From Tubulanus polymorphus (lineage: Eukaryota; Animalia; Nemertea), in the NCBI RefSeq assembly GCF_964204645.1, contig NC_134031.1, positions 7,316,001 to 7,380,000 on the forward strand: DNA of 64,000 nt. Direction: 5' to 3'. Shown piece after piece: positions 60,354-64,000 of the stretch (positions are counted from its first letter, which is position 1; each line of letters starts with the position of its first letter). The position numbers and the translations under genes are program-made. The notes below the pieces were generated by a model, which saw only the letters and a list, made by a program, of their open reading frames with translations, did no database searches and was not told the DNA's origin.

Positions 60354-62524
60354 GGCTTAGAATGGGACCACAAAATGCTTAGCTTTTAGTCGAGTTACAT
60401 GTAACTTGTAACATTATATATGATGGGCAGTCAGCCCCTGATATTACATATAACCTTTTATCTCAATCTGGAAAAAGTGAAATATGAGTGAAATCCCTGT
60501 TCTTCATAGTGAAACGTAAGTGAATAATTGTAACACCCTGTAACATCTGTAACGCTATATGAAACAGTAGTAACTAAAAGTGAAAAATCTGTAACGCTAT
60601 ATAACACACTGTAACAAGGGTGTAACAGGCTGTAACGCCCTGTAACAAGATGTGAAACCCCTGTAACTCAAAGTGTAACGCCCTGTAACACCATGTGAAA
60701 CCCCTGTAACTCGAAGTGAAATATGTGTAACGCTATGTAACACCCTGTAACAAGGGTGTAACAGGCTGAAAGGTTGAGTGAAACAGGCTGTGACACTCTG
60801 TAACACCATGTGAAATCCTTGTAAATGAAATATGTGTAACGCTATGTAACACCCTGTAACAAGGGTGTAACAGGCTGTAACGCCCTGTAAAACCATGTGA
60901 AACCCCTGTAACTCAAAGTGAAATATGTGTAACGCTATGTAACACCCTGTAACAAGGGTGTAACAGGCTGAAAGGTTGAGTGAAACAGGCTGTAACACTC
61001 TGTAACACCATGTGAAATCCTTGTAAATGAAATATGTGTAACGCTATGTAACACCCTGTAACAAGGGTGTAACAGGCTGTAACGCCCCATAACGCTATAT
61101 GAAACCCCTGCAACTCAAAGCACATATTTCACTTTTAGTTACTAGGGTTTCACATGGTGTTACAGGGCGTTACAGCCTTGTTACAGGGTGTTACATAGCG
61201 TTACACATATTTCACTTTGAGTTACAGGGGTTTCACATGGTGTTACGGGGCGTTACAGCCTGTTACACCATTGTTACAGGGTGTTATATAGCGTTACACA
61301 TATTTCACTTTGAGTTACAGGGGTTTCACATGGTGTTACAGGGTGTTACAGCCTGTTACACCATTATTACAGGGTGTTACATAGCGTTACACATATTTCA
61401 CTTTGAGTTACAGAGGTTTCACATGGTGTTACAGGGCGTTACAGCCTGTTACACCCTTGTTACGGGGTGTAACATAGCGTTACACATATTTCACTTTGAG
61501 TTACAGGGGTTTCACATGGTGTTACAGGGCGTTACAGCCCGTTACACCATTGTTACAGTGTGTTACATAGTGTAACACATATTTCACTTTGAGTTACAGG
61601 GGTTTCACATGGTGTTACAGGGCGTTACAGCCTGTTACACCCTTGTTACAGGGTGTTACATAGCGTTACACACATTTCACTTTTAGTTACTAGGGTTTCA
61701 CATAGAGTTACAGGGCGTTACAGCCTGTTACACCCTTGTTACAGGGTGTTACATAGCGTTACACATATTTCACTTTTAGTTACTAGGGTTTCACATAGTG
61801 TTACAGGGCGTTACAGCCTGTTACACCCTTGTTACAGGGTGTTACATAGCGTTACACATATTTCACTTTTAGTTACTAGGGTTTCACATGGTGTTACAGG
61901 GCGTTTCAGCCTGTTACACCCTTGTTACAGGGTGTTACATAGTGTTACACATATTTCACTTTTAGTTACTAGGGTTTCACATGGTGTTACGGGGCGTTAC
62001 AGCCTGTTACACCCTTGTTACAGGGTGTTACATAGCGTTACACATATTTCACTTTTAGTTACAGGGGTTTCACATGGTGTTACGGGGCGTTACAGCCTGT
62101 TACACCATTGTTACAGGGTGTTACATAGCGTTACACATATTTCACTTTGAGTTACAGGGGTTTCACATGGTGTTACAGGGCGTTACAGCCTGTTACACCA
62201 TTATTACAGGGTGTTACATAGCGTTACACATATTTCACTTTGAGTTACAGGGGTTTCACATGGTGTTACAGGGCGTTACAGCCTGTTACACCATTGTTAC
62301 AGTGTGTTACATAGCGTTACACATATTTCACTTTGAGTTACAGGGGTTTCAGACTTTTATTGCATTAGGATATTTGCATTCTTTGACAGTTTCGCAAAGT
62401 AGATTATATGAGGTTACAACGCGAAAATATCCTTTTGGCTTTCCAAAAATGAAGTACGACCTAATGTTACATGTTACTTGTAACTTGATGGGAAGTTAAG
62501 CATTTCTCTGTCCCATTTTAAGCC
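60354..62524. mobile_element. Foldback-like element: ~63-bp TIRs enclosing two oppositely oriented arrays of a 93-bp repeat
   Basis: GGCTTAGAATGGGAC...GTAACATTA (60354-60416) is an imperfect inverted repeat of TAATGTTAC...GTCCCATTTTAAGCC (62462-62524). Confidence 0.7.
60530..62350. repeat. 93-bp TGTAAC/GTTACA-rich satellite; orientation flips at about 61119
   Basis: ~13 units in 61120-62350 (period 93 nt, seen as 31-aa repeats in spurious ORFs) and ~6 rearranged units in the opposite orientation in 60530-61118. Confidence 0.93.
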
Positions 62525-62858
62525 TTATATAGAAATCACCAGAACATAATTCTTCAGTATCTTCACTAGATAATCTATCTTCACCGATAATCATACATAT
62601 ATATGAAATTATTAGAGAAATAGGGAATATATGTTTTCATATCAGAGGTTGAAGAGGAGAATTAGAAAATATGAAAATATTTAATGAAACTATCATATAC
62701 CAACGTATTTACTAGACAGATTTCATAGATTACGAACCATGATTTTTGATTATATATATTTTCATATATCACTTTTATGCTTATATTCTATCCCTTTTTT
62801 TCTGTACCGTATATATGCTGTGTGATATTACTCACTAGATCATTCTTTTTATTTACAG

Positions 62859-64000
62859 AAAATGTTATGTACCTGCAGAGCAGAATACTGGTCTGGCATG
62901 GTTTTCAGAAGTTGTGCCGCAATTTTCCGGGCTTGTTTTTAATGACAAAGCCAGTGGATTATTTAGGGATCATCTGTTCACCAAGTGTGAGGTAACTATT
63001 TTCATCATAATATGACTTGGTTCACCAACAATGTACAAATAGGTGTATGAATTAGTCCTATTCTAGCTAATCTATTTCTAGAACATGAGTCTGAAATATT
63101 GCCATTTTTCACTGATATTCTCTTTAACTTTTGTCATTTAACTTATATTCAATGTTATTTCGATTGTAGTGCCAGATTGCAGTTAGTCTTTTTTTATATC
63201 TTATTGGTTTGTTGCATGGTCTTTCCTTACAGGCATTTCAGTCAATGCAACATAAAAAACTTCAGCTTTCTCACATTGTTGGGCAGCAAAACAAGCCAGT
63301 GTGGGTTTTAGGCCCTGATCTACAAGTGGACTCTAGTGGTGATAGGATAGCCATCGAAGACCAAGAGTACTTCTGGTTGGGGTGTGTATGCATTTTGTTT
63401 TCTGTCTGTTGAGTCATAGTGTAATGTACTGACTTGCAGATTGATGTTTTGATGTTTTTCTTCCAGTTATAATAAGAATGTCTTGTTAAACCCGTGCCCG
63501 GTAACACTTGGTGGCCAGGAGGCTCTTGAACGCGTGTGGGGGTTGGCCCCCGATGGAAAAAACAGAGTGCCGTACCTCTTAACTATGGCTGCAGCAGCTA
63601 CAGCTCTTCATTCAAGGACACTGCGTTCGAAATATGGTGTTCAACCAACATTCATCCTATTTTCAAAAGAAACAGGGACTGGTGAGTACTGCATGAAATA
63701 TGTTTTCAAAATTGAATAGGTGATTATGATTGTGTTCAATGATTCTACATTCTTTATAGGGAAAACAACAGCTATGACAGCGGCACTGTCAATGTGTGGC
63801 GCAATGCATAACATTTTTTCGAATGCCACCTCCACCGCCTACATTTTGCAAAAGGCAGCTAATACCACATTGCCGATTGGATATGATGACTGCTCGTCAG
63901 CTAAAATACAAGAAAATGTATCGGTGGCATTTTTTGATGGAAAGAACGCGGGGACGAAATCATCTGGAGAACTATCTGTACAGGCAGGCGTCCTCATTAC
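62859..64000 (+). CDS. Spliced gene (partial) encoding a P-loop NTPase resembling DUF927/SF3-type helicases
   Basis: GT-AG exons 62859-62991, 63233-63375 (or 63381), 63467-63681, 63760->64000 join in one open frame: ...VWVLGPDLQVDSSG...YGVQPTFILFSKETGT|GKTTAMTAALSMCG...TSTAYILQKAANTTLPIGYDD...VAFFDG...GVLIT (Walker A, Walker B, motif-C-like). Confidence 0.72.

Noticed and set aside
60597-62499. Cys/His-rich repeat proteins in the ORF track
   Set aside because: All derive from the 93-bp satellite on both strands; no splice or start context.

Overview
AT-rich, intron- and repeat-rich animal genomic DNA (invertebrate, probably lophotrochozoan; this is inferred from the repeat families and GPCR type). 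Host genes: an 11-coding-exon mitochondrial glutamyl-tRNA synthetase (EARS2, minus, 33708-54401, 517 aa by manual splicing), a single-exon orphan rhodopsin-type GPCR, a tRNA-Thr(CGT), a disrupted intronless MATE transporter, and the first coding exon of an unidentified minus-strand gene. Mobile DNA: a terminus-to-terminus but decayed DIRS1-type tyrosine-recombinase retrotransposon (ITRs + ICR) nested in a CR1/L2-like LINE inside an EARS2 intron, Penelope-like fragments with hammerhead ribozyme motifs, Tx1/L1 and CR1/L2 remnants, nested Helentron-type non-autonomous elements, several MITEs, a foldback element carrying a 93-bp satellite, and a 42-bp minisatellite. Two things are invisible in the ORF track and stand out. 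(1) A compact 3-exon gene nested antisense in an EARS2 intron encodes a 52-aa prepropeptide (signal peptide, acidic pro-region, RFRR, GCNARGKDCS-G-stop), i.e. a predicted amidated, disulfide-looped decapeptide of toxin/neuropeptide architecture. (2) A spliced gene at the right edge encodes a P-loop ATPase resembling DUF927/SF3-type mobile-element helicases, with its Walker A motif split by an intron. No database searches were run; family calls rest on recognised motifs.
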